From: a virus
Length of the DNA stretch: 64,000 nucleotides
Virus record (IMG/VR): IMGVR_UViG_3300025131_000007
Coordinates: 1-64,000 of that record
Direction: 5' to 3' (one strand)
Made by a program: the position numbers and the translations under genes. A model generated the notes under the pieces. That model searched no databases. It was not told the DNA's origin and saw only the letters and a list, made by a program, of their open reading frames with translations. The first letter of the stretch is position 1. Each line of letters starts with the position of its first letter. Below, piece by piece: positions 1 through 10,189 of the stretch.

Positions 1-1
1 T

Positions 2-106
2 CGTGGCGGCGGCGGAGCAGGCGGCGGTGGCGGCGGCGGAGCAGGCGGCGGTGGTAATCGTGGCGGCGGCGGAGCAGGCGGCGGTGGTGGAGGTAGAAAT
101 TACTAA
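2..106 (+). CDS. 3' end of an upstream gene; Gly-rich low-complexity tail ending GGGGGGRNY*
   Basis: Open frame from position 2 to TAA at 104-106, which overlaps the next ATG (TAATG coupling). Confidence 0.7.
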   Translation, partial: RGGGGAGGGGGGGAGGGGNRGGGGAGGGGGGRNY

Positions 107-1188
107 TGGCTAAATTTATTAACAGAAAAGAACAAGTAATAGATCTGAAATTAACGGGTTATGGTAATTATTTGTTTTCCATAGGAAAATTTGAACCAAT
201 TTATTATAGTTTTTTGGATGATAATATCATTTACGATGGCGCATATACCGGGCTTAACGAAAAACAAAATGATGTGGTTTCACGTATTAGAAATGATTCT
301 CAATACATTGAAAGCTTGGTGATGTTCCAAGATGCAGAAAATCAATTTAACACCTTAAATACCGAAAACGAAAATGATGAAGATAATGATTATTTAGTTT
401 ATTTTCAAACCGACATAGAGCCTATGAGAATCGAACCTAGAGTTGATAACTATAGATTTGATGCAATGATCGGAGATGCTTACTTGGAGGGTGATACTCA
501 GACCGCGCCGGCATGGAAAATTGTGGCGTTAGAAGGAACCATTGTTTCATCTTTCCAGAAAGATAACAAAAACCAAATTCGCATTCCTCAAATTAACATT
601 AATCTCAATTATGTTAAACAAATCGAAGACTTCGATCCCAACGTTATATTAACGGAAGAAGATTTTAGAGAGATAGTGGTGACATCAGATCCCTTCGCGG
701 ATAACCGAGTCATAAAATTAGTAAGAGAAAATTTGTTAGTTTACGGAGAAGAAGTTAATACTGCTCTTTTGACGGAGAATTTTGAAATAGAGATATTTGA
801 AGTAGATGCCGATGCTTATCCCAAAACATGGATTGATGGTTCGAGCAGAGATGCGTTGATGAGAAAATATTTTCCTAATGAGAATACTTCTATCCAAGGA
901 GAATTAATGAAGACCATCGAGAGTGAAGATGGAACCCTTATGGCAATTCAAAAAGATGCGGAACATGCCACCAAAAACACTCAACTGACAACTAATTCTG
1001 TAGAATATTATTTTGATATACTTACTGATGCCGAGATCGATATTAAAAAGGCATGTAAAATAGCTAGCGAATTTAATAAAGATTCATATTATGTGGATTT
1101 GGATTTTGATTGCACTTCTCTGAGATCTACCGAACCAGAGGATGTGGATATATATGGAAAAGTAACGGAGCCTGAAATATGTCAATAA
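106..1188 (+). CDS. Putative virion (baseplate/tail) protein; N-terminus resembles the 9131/10190 paralogs
   Basis: 360 aa; IDLKLTGYGNYLFSIGKFEPIYYSFLDDNIIYD aligns by eye with ILDAVLTDIGRQKMARNKFEIEKFALGDDEVDY. Confidence 0.6.
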   Translation: MAKFINRKEQVIDLKLTGYGNYLFSIGKFEPIYYSFLDDNIIYDGAYTGLNEKQNDVVSRIRNDSQYIESLVMFQDAENQFNTLNTENENDEDNDYLVYFQTDIEPMRIEPRVDNYRFDAMIGDAYLEGDTQTAPAWKIVALEGTIVSSFQKDNKNQIRIPQININLNYVKQIEDFDPNVILTEEDFREIVVTSDPFADNRVIKLVRENLLVYGEEVNTALLTENFEIEIFEVDADAYPKTWIDGSSRDALMRKYFPNENTSIQGELMKTIESEDGTLMAIQKDAEHATKNTQLTTNSVEYYFDILTDAEIDIKKACKIASEFNKDSYYVDLDFDCTSLRSTEPEDVDIYGKVTEPEICQ

Positions 1189-4100
1189 CGCGTTTTTCTG
1201 GAGATTTAGTAACAAAGTTTGGGAAACTGATGCCCACTCCTTTCATAGAAAAGGTGGTAATCGATACATCTGCTTCAACCGGAGTGACGGAATTAAAAAT
1301 AAATTTGGCGTTTTATTTTGATTTAAACGAATGGGGAGTTGGTAACTTTGCAGATTATATGAGTGACTTTACTACCGATCAATACGCGGGAATCGGCTTG
1401 CTATTGTGCATGCAAGAAGCGGATAGTCCCGATCGGGTTTATGATAATTTGGTAAGTGGCAAGTGGTCTATTTTAGAAGGAATATCTAACAGCTTTTTGG
1501 CCGGTGGAGAGAATTACGGCTTCAGCACAACTTATGAGGGTTCGGAGGTATACGGAGGGTCAATTAATGGTTTCCAACAAGTGTCGAAATCTAACTTATT
1601 CTTTTTAGATATAGCTCTGAGCAATTATGAAGAAGAGACTTTTTATGATGCTCAAAATAATCCGATAAAAAAGATAACTTTTAGAGATGCATCCTTACCT
1701 TTGGGTATATTCTATGACAACAACCCCGATACCAAACTTATAAATATGAATACCCTGGCGAACCTCCCGATGGGAGGTGATCCCCTTAGTGTCCTCGTGA
1801 CTGCAAATTTTTTGAGCATAGCCGAGGTGGTTAGTTCTAGAATAGAAAAAATGGGATTATTGAGTTTTTCTTATGTCTTTGGAAATAGCGCCGAATCTCA
1901 AGGAACTCAAGGAACTCAGTGGAACACATATGTGGATGGAATGCTTCACGATCCTCCTTTGTTTAAAGCCGGAAGGAAAAAGGTTTTTGAATCTGGATTT
2001 TCAAATGCGGGATTTATTACATTAACAACCAACGGATCGTTGGTCACTTCGGAAGAAGATATTTTTATTAATCTAAATGGAGATGTGATTGATAATGTTA
2101 TTCAATCATTGGATGGAGATTACTATGAGCAAGACGATACTCTTTTGGATACCATTCGTAGCGACATAGCAGAATTAGCATCTTTCACAACAGATGATTG
2201 GCAGCTTCAAAGTGTTTATGATAATATAAATTATATTTTACAACTTTACGGAAGTGATGTGTTTTTGTTGAGAGAACTTAATGAGTTTCGCAGAACATTT
2301 CCTGATAAATCTACCACCACTCCAGTGGGAAGGTTTTATAATGTATTTAGAAATAAGATAGCAGATGCTGACTTCTTAGTGAGAAAGGGGGTTCAAGTGA
2401 GACGTGAAATAATTTCTAATCCTCGCATTATAAATCTTCGTGAATCTATCTTCCAACAGAGTCAGGTTAGTGTGCCACTCCCATACTTCTCCATGTTGGA
2501 GAGAGGGGAAGCTTTTGATTATTACGCAGATGGCACCGCCGGAATCCCCACAACGTGGAATCGATCATATGCTTACATCTACCCCGGCGCAACCAGATAT
2601 ACGAGGGAAATGCTCAAAAAAGATAATGAATATTTATTTAAAGATTTTGGTTTTTTCTTTTTTGATTATGAAAAAGCCTTAAAATTTTACAGTAAAATTT
2701 CTCATATTTGTGATGTAACTAAGTTGGAAAATTTCTATGGAAAGGAAGTTGTTTCTTCCACTTACAGATTAAGAAAAGCCTCAGTTTATTTAAATATGTA
2801 TAAAACTGCAGATGCTGATGGAACTATTCCGATATCTACAGGAGATGTGGTGCCTAATAAAGGTAACGATTGGGATGAGGTATTGAAAATGACATCTTTT
2901 TATAATACGAATCTCAATTTGTCTAATCCAGCCCCTCAGTCTTTTACGTTCCAAGTGGAACCGGGCAATGAAGAGTTGGCAGACGAGAGTTACAATGGGG
3001 GTCTGGGCAACCAGTGTTCTTATATTACATTGCGTGGCTTTCGTGCAGCCACATTGTCAGGGCTTGATGTTTCAAATAAACTATATAGACTTATGTGTTT
3101 TGAATTTCAGAAACTTAAAGTATACAAAGCCACCGGTCAGTCCAGTGATTGGCAAAGTGATTTTGAGGCTGTGACATCTTATGCTGATAATCGAAGATGG
3201 TTTTATGAATTCGAAGTTACCATACAGGATCGTAGCGAATTGTTATTTTATAAAATAAAACAAGACTTTGAAAATATAAAGGAATCCTTTGAACATTTTG
3301 CAGGCGGCGCAATGGAGTCTTGTTCGAGCACAATGGATGGTTTTTTGAGTGATTTTTTTATTGAGGGAGTGGAAGAGCGCTATAGAGACAACCCCGAAGA
3401 AGCCCCATGGAATAGGGCACCTCTTTTAATAGAATTTTATGATGATTTGTTTTTTGATAGATATAGTGGAGATATAGATAAAATCTATAGGGCGGCCGCA
3501 AATTCTTCCACAAAACTTAATCCCAAAGCTACCACAACGGAGCAGTTGAGTTTATATCTAGATAGAATTAATTCACTTGACGGCATAATAACAGGAGAAG
3601 GATCTGAATCAACAGATATAACGCCTCATAGCGTTTATTCTGCAATCCCCGGGATATCTACGCCGACGGATTATGTAGTAAATAGCGAAATTGTCTTTGG
3701 GAGAAGAAGCGAAGATGCGACAGAAACTAGTTGCTATACGGTTACAAACTTAAGACCATATCAAGATATAAGCAACATTGGGATGGCTGCGGCAGAACAA
3801 GTAGTCCAAACAGGAGTCTCACAAATATCGATGGGGAATGATGCAATAAACGTTATTTCTCCGGAGAGATGTTCTCTTCTTGATTTCATGATGATAACGT
3901 GTGGTTATGCCGGCACAGGTTTATGGAGCGCTTACTCCGCATGCGTGGAAGCCCCCGGCTCGCTGGAACAATGGTGGAAAGGCTACCCAGAGTCGGGCAC
4001 TGCGGACATTGGGATAAGTGGTGTGTGGACCCAAAGATTTTTTGCAACCAGGTATTGGTGGAAGGCGGCACAAGATTGGGAAGTGGAAGCAGCCGATGTC

Positions 4101-4625
4101 ATTGTTGGTTTTGATAAGAAAGTGTGGGGAGGTGATTTAAATGGCACAATTCCATGGGCATGGAACACTGATGAGTTTGTTTCGAGCGGAGTGTGGGATT
4201 ATTTTAAAAAATATTTTGTAGCCCAAAAGACGGGAGACAGCTATGCGGATTTTGATGAGTTTGCGACACATCTGAGTGAAAGCTTGGCTAACACGAGCTT
4301 AACCCCAGATCAGAGAAAACATACCCGCAAAGATTTGTGGCGCACCTTTTTATCAGAACAATTTGAGAGAGTCAAGGGATCGGGCGCCCCGTTAAGAAAC
4401 TTTTATGATGCGATACTGTATGCCTCAACGCATTTTGCAGACAGTTTAACGGGAGATGGAGATTATGAAAAATTTGAAGAATTATTTGCGGGTGCAGTAG
4501 GTTTCGGAGGCACCGGCACCTGGGACACCGAAGACGTCCATGGCACCAATCATGATTGGGCTGAACAAATGAGAAGCCTAGTTATCGACATTGATATGGC
4601 GTTTGTGCAAGAATATGGTGCCTGA
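1179..4625 (+). CDS. Large hypothetical protein, probably virion structural
   Basis: 1148 aa ORF overlapping the upstream stop, in a structural cluster; no recognised motif. Confidence 0.6.
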   Translation: MSITRFSGDLVTKFGKLMPTPFIEKVVIDTSASTGVTELKINLAFYFDLNEWGVGNFADYMSDFTTDQYAGIGLLLCMQEADSPDRVYDNLVSGKWSILEGISNSFLAGGENYGFSTTYEGSEVYGGSINGFQQVSKSNLFFLDIALSNYEEETFYDAQNNPIKKITFRDASLPLGIFYDNNPDTKLINMNTLANLPMGGDPLSVLVTANFLSIAEVVSSRIEKMGLLSFSYVFGNSAESQGTQGTQWNTYVDGMLHDPPLFKAGRKKVFESGFSNAGFITLTTNGSLVTSEEDIFINLNGDVIDNVIQSLDGDYYEQDDTLLDTIRSDIAELASFTTDDWQLQSVYDNINYILQLYGSDVFLLRELNEFRRTFPDKSTTTPVGRFYNVFRNKIADADFLVRKGVQVRREIISNPRIINLRESIFQQSQVSVPLPYFSMLERGEAFDYYADGTAGIPTTWNRSYAYIYPGATRYTREMLKKDNEYLFKDFGFFFFDYEKALKFYSKISHICDVTKLENFYGKEVVSSTYRLRKASVYLNMYKTADADGTIPISTGDVVPNKGNDWDEVLKMTSFYNTNLNLSNPAPQSFTFQVEPGNEELADESYNGGLGNQCSYITLRGFRAATLSGLDVSNKLYRLMCFEFQKLKVYKATGQSSDWQSDFEAVTSYADNRRWFYEFEVTIQDRSELLFYKIKQDFENIKESFEHFAGGAMESCSSTMDGFLSDFFIEGVEERYRDNPEEAPWNRAPLLIEFYDDLFFDRYSGDIDKIYRAAANSSTKLNPKATTTEQLSLYLDRINSLDGIITGEGSESTDITPHSVYSAIPGISTPTDYVVNSEIVFGRRSEDATETSCYTVTNLRPYQDISNIGMAAAEQVVQTGVSQISMGNDAINVISPERCSLLDFMMITCGYAGTGLWSAYSACVEAPGSLEQWWKGYPESGTADIGISGVWTQRFFATRYWWKAAQDWEVEAADVIVGFDKKVWGGDLNGTIPWAWNTDEFVSSGVWDYFKKYFVAQKTGDSYADFDEFATHLSESLANTSLTPDQRKHTRKDLWRTFLSEQFERVKGSGAPLRNFYDAILYASTHFADSLTGDGDYEKFEELFAGAVGFGGTGTWDTEDVHGTNHDWAEQMRSLVIDIDMAFVQEYGA

Positions 4626-4643
4626 AATTAAAGGAGAGAGATT

Positions 4644-5201
4644 ATGGCAAGAAGAAATGTAACTTTAAAAACTATTTCAAATCAAAGAAACAATACCACA
4701 CCTAGACGAAGAACGGTATTCGTGGGAGGTCAAGAGGTTGCCAATGAGAAAACAGTTGTAAAGGCAGCAGCCATGGTAAATAAATTAGTATCTAATAAAA
4801 TAATTCCACCCCCTTCGCGAGAGCAGATGGGTGATCTTAAACAATTTTCTAATTTAGCTTTGTTTGGGGTAAATATCACTATTCGTGACGATATCGGCAG
4901 TGACTACAGTTTATTGGAACAACAAAAGAAAAATAATTTATTGGAGAATACCAATATTGTAAACCCAAGTCTTAAGAATTTAAGTAATGAACTTCAAGAT
5001 CCACAAAAAGACAAATTTGTTAATAAAGAGGATCCGTTTTTTGAATTAGATGATGAGCCTGCATCATTTATGAGAGAACAAGAGGTAGTTTTAAAAAAAC
5101 AAACAGCAAAAGATGTTACCAAGATCGCGGCGGATATTTTTGATCAAAATAATCCTTTTAAGCATGGAAATACAAAAAATTTAAAACAATTTCCTAAATA
5201 G
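4644..5201 (+). CDS. Hypothetical protein
   Basis: 185 aa; AAGGAG Shine-Dalgarno upstream. Confidence 0.6.
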   Translation: MARRNVTLKTISNQRNNTTPRRRTVFVGGQEVANEKTVVKAAAMVNKLVSNKIIPPPSREQMGDLKQFSNLALFGVNITIRDDIGSDYSLLEQQKKNNLLENTNIVNPSLKNLSNELQDPQKDKFVNKEDPFFELDDEPASFMREQEVVLKKQTAKDVTKIAADIFDQNNPFKHGNTKNLKQFPK

Positions 5202-5222
5202 GAAATGGGGGGAGTATAAAAG

Positions 5223-6092
5223 ATGACATGGCCATGGGAAGACATAAATAAGGCAGTTGAACAGGTAGCTGAAGAGATCGAAGAACAAGAAAAAACAACA
5301 GCAACAAAATCAACAACAACGAAAGCTGGCGATGCCGGTGGTTCAGATGCTGATGAAGATGGTGGAATACTCCAACAACTAGAAGAAACATTGGAGTGGA
5401 TGGACAGCCACTCCACCACTTCCTCGGGTGCAGATATATTAGGATCTTCCGATTCGTGGCAAATAGGTAACAACAAATTTATTATGGGTTTTGATCCAGG
5501 TCAAGGTTCATCACCCGACGTGGTACAATTTGTGCATGGTCACCGAGTGTTGGATCCACCCACTGCAGGTGACGATATCTTTGAGTGGTATAGCTACGGT
5601 GGATTTAATAGCAATCCTACCGCAGCCGCAAGCTCACAATCAGGCCCAAATCCTGGATGGTTGTTAACCCCCAGCCGTCCCGACCCCGAATTAGTTAATG
5701 GATCAATGACTATTTTACAAAATACACAACTCGATGTTGATACTGCTGAGAGCAAAATAGATTATTTTCCCTTTTCAGCATCGGATGATATGTTTGTTGA
5801 CACAAGAAATATCGGAAGCTCCTTAATTATTACTTACACAGATGTTGAAAAGTCTTTAATAAATGAAACGTTTTCGTTTCCATCCAATATGTCGTTAACA
5901 GACGAAATGGATCGTATAATCAGAGAAAGAACCGGCAATGTGATGAAATCTTATAATGTGCGCAGAAATTCTTTTATTAAAACCAAAAAAGCACCTTCCT
6001 TAACGCAAATTAATTTTAGTTCTTTAGATATTTCCACCCCTATAACTACCATGTCCACACCATCTTCTACGTCTACCGGACGAGGGTATTAG
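5223..6092 (+). CDS. Hypothetical protein, Ser/Thr tail ending GRGY
   Basis: 289 aa; GGGAG upstream. Confidence 0.6.
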   Translation: MTWPWEDINKAVEQVAEEIEEQEKTTATKSTTTKAGDAGGSDADEDGGILQQLEETLEWMDSHSTTSSGADILGSSDSWQIGNNKFIMGFDPGQGSSPDVVQFVHGHRVLDPPTAGDDIFEWYSYGGFNSNPTAAASSQSGPNPGWLLTPSRPDPELVNGSMTILQNTQLDVDTAESKIDYFPFSASDDMFVDTRNIGSSLIITYTDVEKSLINETFSFPSNMSLTDEMDRIIRERTGNVMKSYNVRRNSFIKTKKAPSLTQINFSSLDISTPITTMSTPSSTSTGRGY

Positions 6093-6093
6093 C

Positions 6094-9000
6094 ATGAGTA
6101 ACTGGCGGACTAATAATAACAGCGGTACCAACACCAGTTCTGGCATCGGCGCCGATCGACCAGGCCATGGTCGATCAGCCGATCGACCAGCAGGTAGCCT
6201 TTCGAGTGATTTGACCGAACAAATCCATAAAAACGAAGAAGAAACTGATCGGCCGCTTTCCCTCCTGCCCGGATCCGGGCCTGGAGGAAGGGATAGTGGC
6301 GAGGAAGAGAGGGAAACCCACCAACAAAGTTTTGGTATGACGAGCGATGGTGGCGGTGGCGGAAACAACGGAGCCGATGGTGGCGGTGGCGGAAACAACG
6401 GTACCGAGGGTTGCTCTGCAGCGGCCGCCGGCGTGGGTGGGCGCAAACTATTGTATTATTCCCCCACTTTGGCTTCTGGTTCATCCGACAAGTTAAGAAA
6501 CGCTTTCGGTGGAAACTATCAAATTGTGGAAGATGTGGGGAATTTCGTAGCTACCCTAGAAAGCACCAACACTTCTTATGCTTCTCAGTGGGCCCCCACC
6601 GATTCGCTGATTTCGGAAACCTATGTTTTAGATGCAGAGGATCAGGTAGCGATATCTTCTGAATTAATTTACAATTCTGTTAAAACACCGATATTGTTTG
6701 TGGGAGATGAGGGAAAAATAAACGATGATTTGGAATGGGAAACTTTTATTATAGGGGGAAGTTATTCTACTTCGGTTTATGACGGCATTTCTACTTCTGC
6801 CGTATTTGATGGGCTGTATAATGAGATAACCATTCCTTATGAAAAATTAGAATCTAAAATACTAAAAGCTTCTCGTGGGATCTTTGCTGGTGTAAATAAC
6901 TTTACAACCATTGAAAATCAATATCAAACGTATCTGTCGTCTGTAGAAGAGAAAGGTTCTTCAATTTATGAATTGCCTAATTTTTATTTTTTGTCAACGC
7001 CATCCAATGTTAACTTGGTTTATGATGATGATGTTAAGAATTATTTAAACTTAGAAGGTCAATATACAGAAACCGATCTCGAGAAATTATTTATAGCAGA
7101 ACCATTCAGTTGGCCCGCAGTGCATGAATCGGTTACTACTTTGGATCAAGATACATACGATGATACCCGTCATAATATTAATGAATATTTTCGAAAATGG
7201 GGAGCAACCGACTACTCTAGCTCCACAGATTCATATATCTCACAGAGAATGAAAAATATTATTTTTGATAGAGATTTTATTTCGAACCTCGATGTAAGTA
7301 ACGTCGACTTAATGCCTTTTTATATCAACGTTAATATTCCCACCTTTGCTACATCACCGAATTCCGGATTATTATCAGCTATGATAAATCGAGGATTTGA
7401 TAATATGTTTTTGTCTATTCTTAAAAAGAATTTTGTAGATGAAACCCCTCAAGAAATGCCCCTCGCTGTTCGTATAGAGCAAGATGGTGAAGAAGAACAT
7501 TTGAATGAGACTTTTCGATGTGTAGATCTAAAAAAGGTATTTTTGAACGAGATGTCGTTGGATTATCCGGATATGTCAGATGTGTCTTTTTTAACTAATT
7601 CCCCTCTTCAATACAACTTGTTGACTTCCGAAGCTCGATATAGAAATTTAAGAACCACCAGAACATCACTAACTCTTCAAGCGATTCTTAATGAGATAGA
7701 TTCTTTCGGAGGACCACAATTCCCAATGCCAACATTGATGAGTTATGAATCTTGGTCATTGAAAGATTTTTTAAATATTTCCTCTCATTACGCAACTCAT
7801 TACGCAACTGGAGTTAGGGATGTAGTAGCGTACCGCATAGAAAAGATGGGTACAGAATTGGGCGATGGAGGAACAGCTAGCTCAACAGTATTGCAGAACT
7901 TCTTTTTTCTCAACAACAACGATGGAGAAGAGATTCAACTATATGATTCACAAGTTCACTATGGAGCCGAATATACTTACAATATCTATCTATATGTGGG
8001 GGTTGTTTCTTATAAATATAAATATGAAAATTTTGCTATTTCCCAAAAGACCGGTCTTGCGGATCCAGATAATGCGACTTCTGACCGTTGCTTGAGGCTT
8101 TATAGCCCTGCAACCAATGAGCCTGTAGATTCTCAATGGAATAAAATGAAACTCTCGACGACTGGCCCAAATCCGATGAGGGCTTTGGGAACGGAATATT
8201 CCAGTATGTCAGAAGCACTTTCAGACAATGACTATGTGGCAGAATGTATGCTGGAAGTGGAACCATACGTTAAGATTTATGAGATTCCTATTCATTCTAA
8301 AACTTTATCGATTATAGATAACCCACCCCGACAAATTGACATTATCCCTTTTCAACGAAAAGACAACTCTCAAGTCATTGGATTCTTTGCGGAAAAACCC
8401 GCTCCCCTCAGCCCTATAGATGGCAGCCTTTATCCTACTCCGTTAAATATTACCGAAGAGGAATTGAGAGTATCATATTTGGTATCTAATAATCTATTGG
8501 AAGATGAGGTAATTGCGGCATCTTCGGTTTCGGCGCTCTCTCATGTGCAAATATTTCGTTTAGAAGAGAAACCTACACAGATGAGTGATTTTGATGGAGC
8601 GATGATAGCGCAAAAAGATTTACGTTTAAAGCAGCGTATATATCCCCAAGTGGAGGAAGATGGTTTTAGATCGACCACTCAAACTTCCGATGTGTGTTTT
8701 TACGAAGAGAAAATCCATGTTAACAAAACTTATTATTATGCTTTTCGTTTTTTAAATGAGCATGGCATGCCTGGGAGATTCAGTTCGATTCAGGAACTAA
8801 AGCTCGTGTCGGATGGGGGATATAAATATTTGGAATCTAATTCGATTTTACAATCTGAGTTAGCCGAAATTAGTGAAACTCAGAACCCTTCCATATCTTT
8901 CAAAAAGATATTCGAAATTATTCCTAACATTAACCAGATTCAGTTCGATACTTCTGATGTTGATTTTACAGACACAGCTTTTAACCAGTTTGAAAATATA

Positions 9001-9123
9001 AATGTGGGAATGCCCGATGTGGATAAAGTGTGGGGAAAAACTTTCAAAATTAGAATGACTTCCAAGAAGACGGGAAAGAAAATAGATCTCAATGTGACTT
9101 ATAATTTAAAGGATTCGGTGTAA
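6094..9123 (+). CDS. Large putative virion protein with Gly/Ser-rich disordered N-terminus
   Basis: 1009 aa; beta-rich, FN3-like-looking segments (YGAEYTYNIY, VNKTYYYAFRFLNEHG). Confidence 0.6.
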   Translation: MSNWRTNNNSGTNTSSGIGADRPGHGRSADRPAGSLSSDLTEQIHKNEEETDRPLSLLPGSGPGGRDSGEEERETHQQSFGMTSDGGGGGNNGADGGGGGNNGTEGCSAAAAGVGGRKLLYYSPTLASGSSDKLRNAFGGNYQIVEDVGNFVATLESTNTSYASQWAPTDSLISETYVLDAEDQVAISSELIYNSVKTPILFVGDEGKINDDLEWETFIIGGSYSTSVYDGISTSAVFDGLYNEITIPYEKLESKILKASRGIFAGVNNFTTIENQYQTYLSSVEEKGSSIYELPNFYFLSTPSNVNLVYDDDVKNYLNLEGQYTETDLEKLFIAEPFSWPAVHESVTTLDQDTYDDTRHNINEYFRKWGATDYSSSTDSYISQRMKNIIFDRDFISNLDVSNVDLMPFYINVNIPTFATSPNSGLLSAMINRGFDNMFLSILKKNFVDETPQEMPLAVRIEQDGEEEHLNETFRCVDLKKVFLNEMSLDYPDMSDVSFLTNSPLQYNLLTSEARYRNLRTTRTSLTLQAILNEIDSFGGPQFPMPTLMSYESWSLKDFLNISSHYATHYATGVRDVVAYRIEKMGTELGDGGTASSTVLQNFFFLNNNDGEEIQLYDSQVHYGAEYTYNIYLYVGVVSYKYKYENFAISQKTGLADPDNATSDRCLRLYSPATNEPVDSQWNKMKLSTTGPNPMRALGTEYSSMSEALSDNDYVAECMLEVEPYVKIYEIPIHSKTLSIIDNPPRQIDIIPFQRKDNSQVIGFFAEKPAPLSPIDGSLYPTPLNITEEELRVSYLVSNNLLEDEVIAASSVSALSHVQIFRLEEKPTQMSDFDGAMIAQKDLRLKQRIYPQVEEDGFRSTTQTSDVCFYEEKIHVNKTYYYAFRFLNEHGMPGRFSSIQELKLVSDGGYKYLESNSILQSELAEISETQNPSISFKKIFEIIPNINQIQFDTSDVDFTDTAFNQFENINVGMPDVDKVWGKTFKIRMTSKKTGKKIDLNVTYNLKDSV
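6345..6401 (+). repeat. Coding direct repeat, 27 bp x2, period 30 (DGGGGGNNG)
   Basis: cgatggtggcggtggcggaaacaacgg at 6345 and 6375. Confidence 0.9.
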
Positions 9124-9130
9124 TTAAGAT

Positions 9131-10120
9131 ATGGCTTTTCAAGATAGTTGTGGAACAATAATATTAGATGCGGTTTTGACTGACATTGGTCGTCAAAAGA
9201 TGGCAAGGAACAAATTTGAAATTGAAAAATTTGCGTTAGGAGATGACGAAGTAGATTACTCTATTAATAATGGAGGATCCGGAGATAATTTTCAATTACT
9301 TGATGAATCGGCGACCCCCATATTGGAGTCATTTGGTAGCCCCTTGGCTAATATCCAGCATGGATTAATGGATTTGAATTATCGCACAGATGTGTGGTAT
9401 ATTCCTCAGTTTTTTATAAACCAGCGCCTTGGAAGCGCATGCAGGTTGTATGATACTCGTTACTATTTATCAGTTAATGATGAGACTACCACGAAACTTA
9501 AATCTGACTTAGGTCAGGAATTTATTCTTGAAAACAATATGTTATCCCATAATTTTATTTTTATAGAATCGGGAATAGTTGTTGATTCTCCTACTTTGGA
9601 TCAAAGCCCTGCGGGAAAAGAAAGATTTATTACCAATTTAGGTCTTTATGATGAATATATTTTTGTATATTGTGACAAAAGGGTCGTCGACAAGCTTCTT
9701 GTAAACCCATCAGATTCATTTTTTAAAAATGATAGTAATAATAATTTATATTTGAATGTGGTTCCATTGCGGGATTCGATAAAAATTTCTTTGCCCCCGC
9801 CAATTGAGAATTACGAAACGTTCAAGGTGAAAACAATCGACAATCAAGTATTTGATGATAATAATCCTTCGGCGCTGTCTGCTGTGGAGGGCCCTCGTGG
9901 GATTGCTTTTGCAATGAATATTAAAATTAACGATAGATTGGTAAACGATTCATCTTCCACTCGTGATCAAAGGTATAATCTTTTTGGGTTGACAGATCAG
10001 TCTTTGTTCGGAGGAAGCAATAATTACGATTATATCGATACCAATATTATGATAGAAGGTGCCACGACCGGAGTGCAGAAAATCATCTCCCTTCGGATTA
10101 TTCGCTATTCCGGCACCTAG
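9131..10120 (+). CDS. Putative virion protein, paralog of 10190..11254
   Basis: MAFQDSCGTIILDAVLTDIGR..FALGDDEVDY; C-terminal YDYIDTNIMIEG...LRIIR shared with the next gene. Confidence 0.7.
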   Translation: MAFQDSCGTIILDAVLTDIGRQKMARNKFEIEKFALGDDEVDYSINNGGSGDNFQLLDESATPILESFGSPLANIQHGLMDLNYRTDVWYIPQFFINQRLGSACRLYDTRYYLSVNDETTTKLKSDLGQEFILENNMLSHNFIFIESGIVVDSPTLDQSPAGKERFITNLGLYDEYIFVYCDKRVVDKLLVNPSDSFFKNDSNNNLYLNVVPLRDSIKISLPPPIENYETFKVKTIDNQVFDDNNPSALSAVEGPRGIAFAMNIKINDRLVNDSSSTRDQRYNLFGLTDQSLFGGSNNYDYIDTNIMIEGATTGVQKIISLRIIRYSGT

Positions 10121-10161
10121 ACCATTTTCTTTTCGAGAAAAGGAATACAAATGAAAATAGA

Positions 10162-10169
10162 ACTATTTA
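10162..10169 (+). promoter_or_regulatory. Putative late promoter ACTATTTA
   Basis: Motif recurs in intergenic gaps before structural genes; TGAAAA lies 4 nt upstream. Confidence 0.6.
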
Positions 10170-10189
10170 TGTAAAGAGAGGTATAATAA

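Noticed and set aside
1-100. GGC-rich tandem repeats, possibly CRISPR or satellite
   Set aside because: In-frame poly-Gly codons of a gene end; no repeat-spacer structure
6154-6176. 9-bp inverted repeat gatcgacca/tggtcgatc, similar to the hairpin at 32632
   Set aside because: Lies in a low-complexity coding repeat (ADRP); the similarity is short and could be chance
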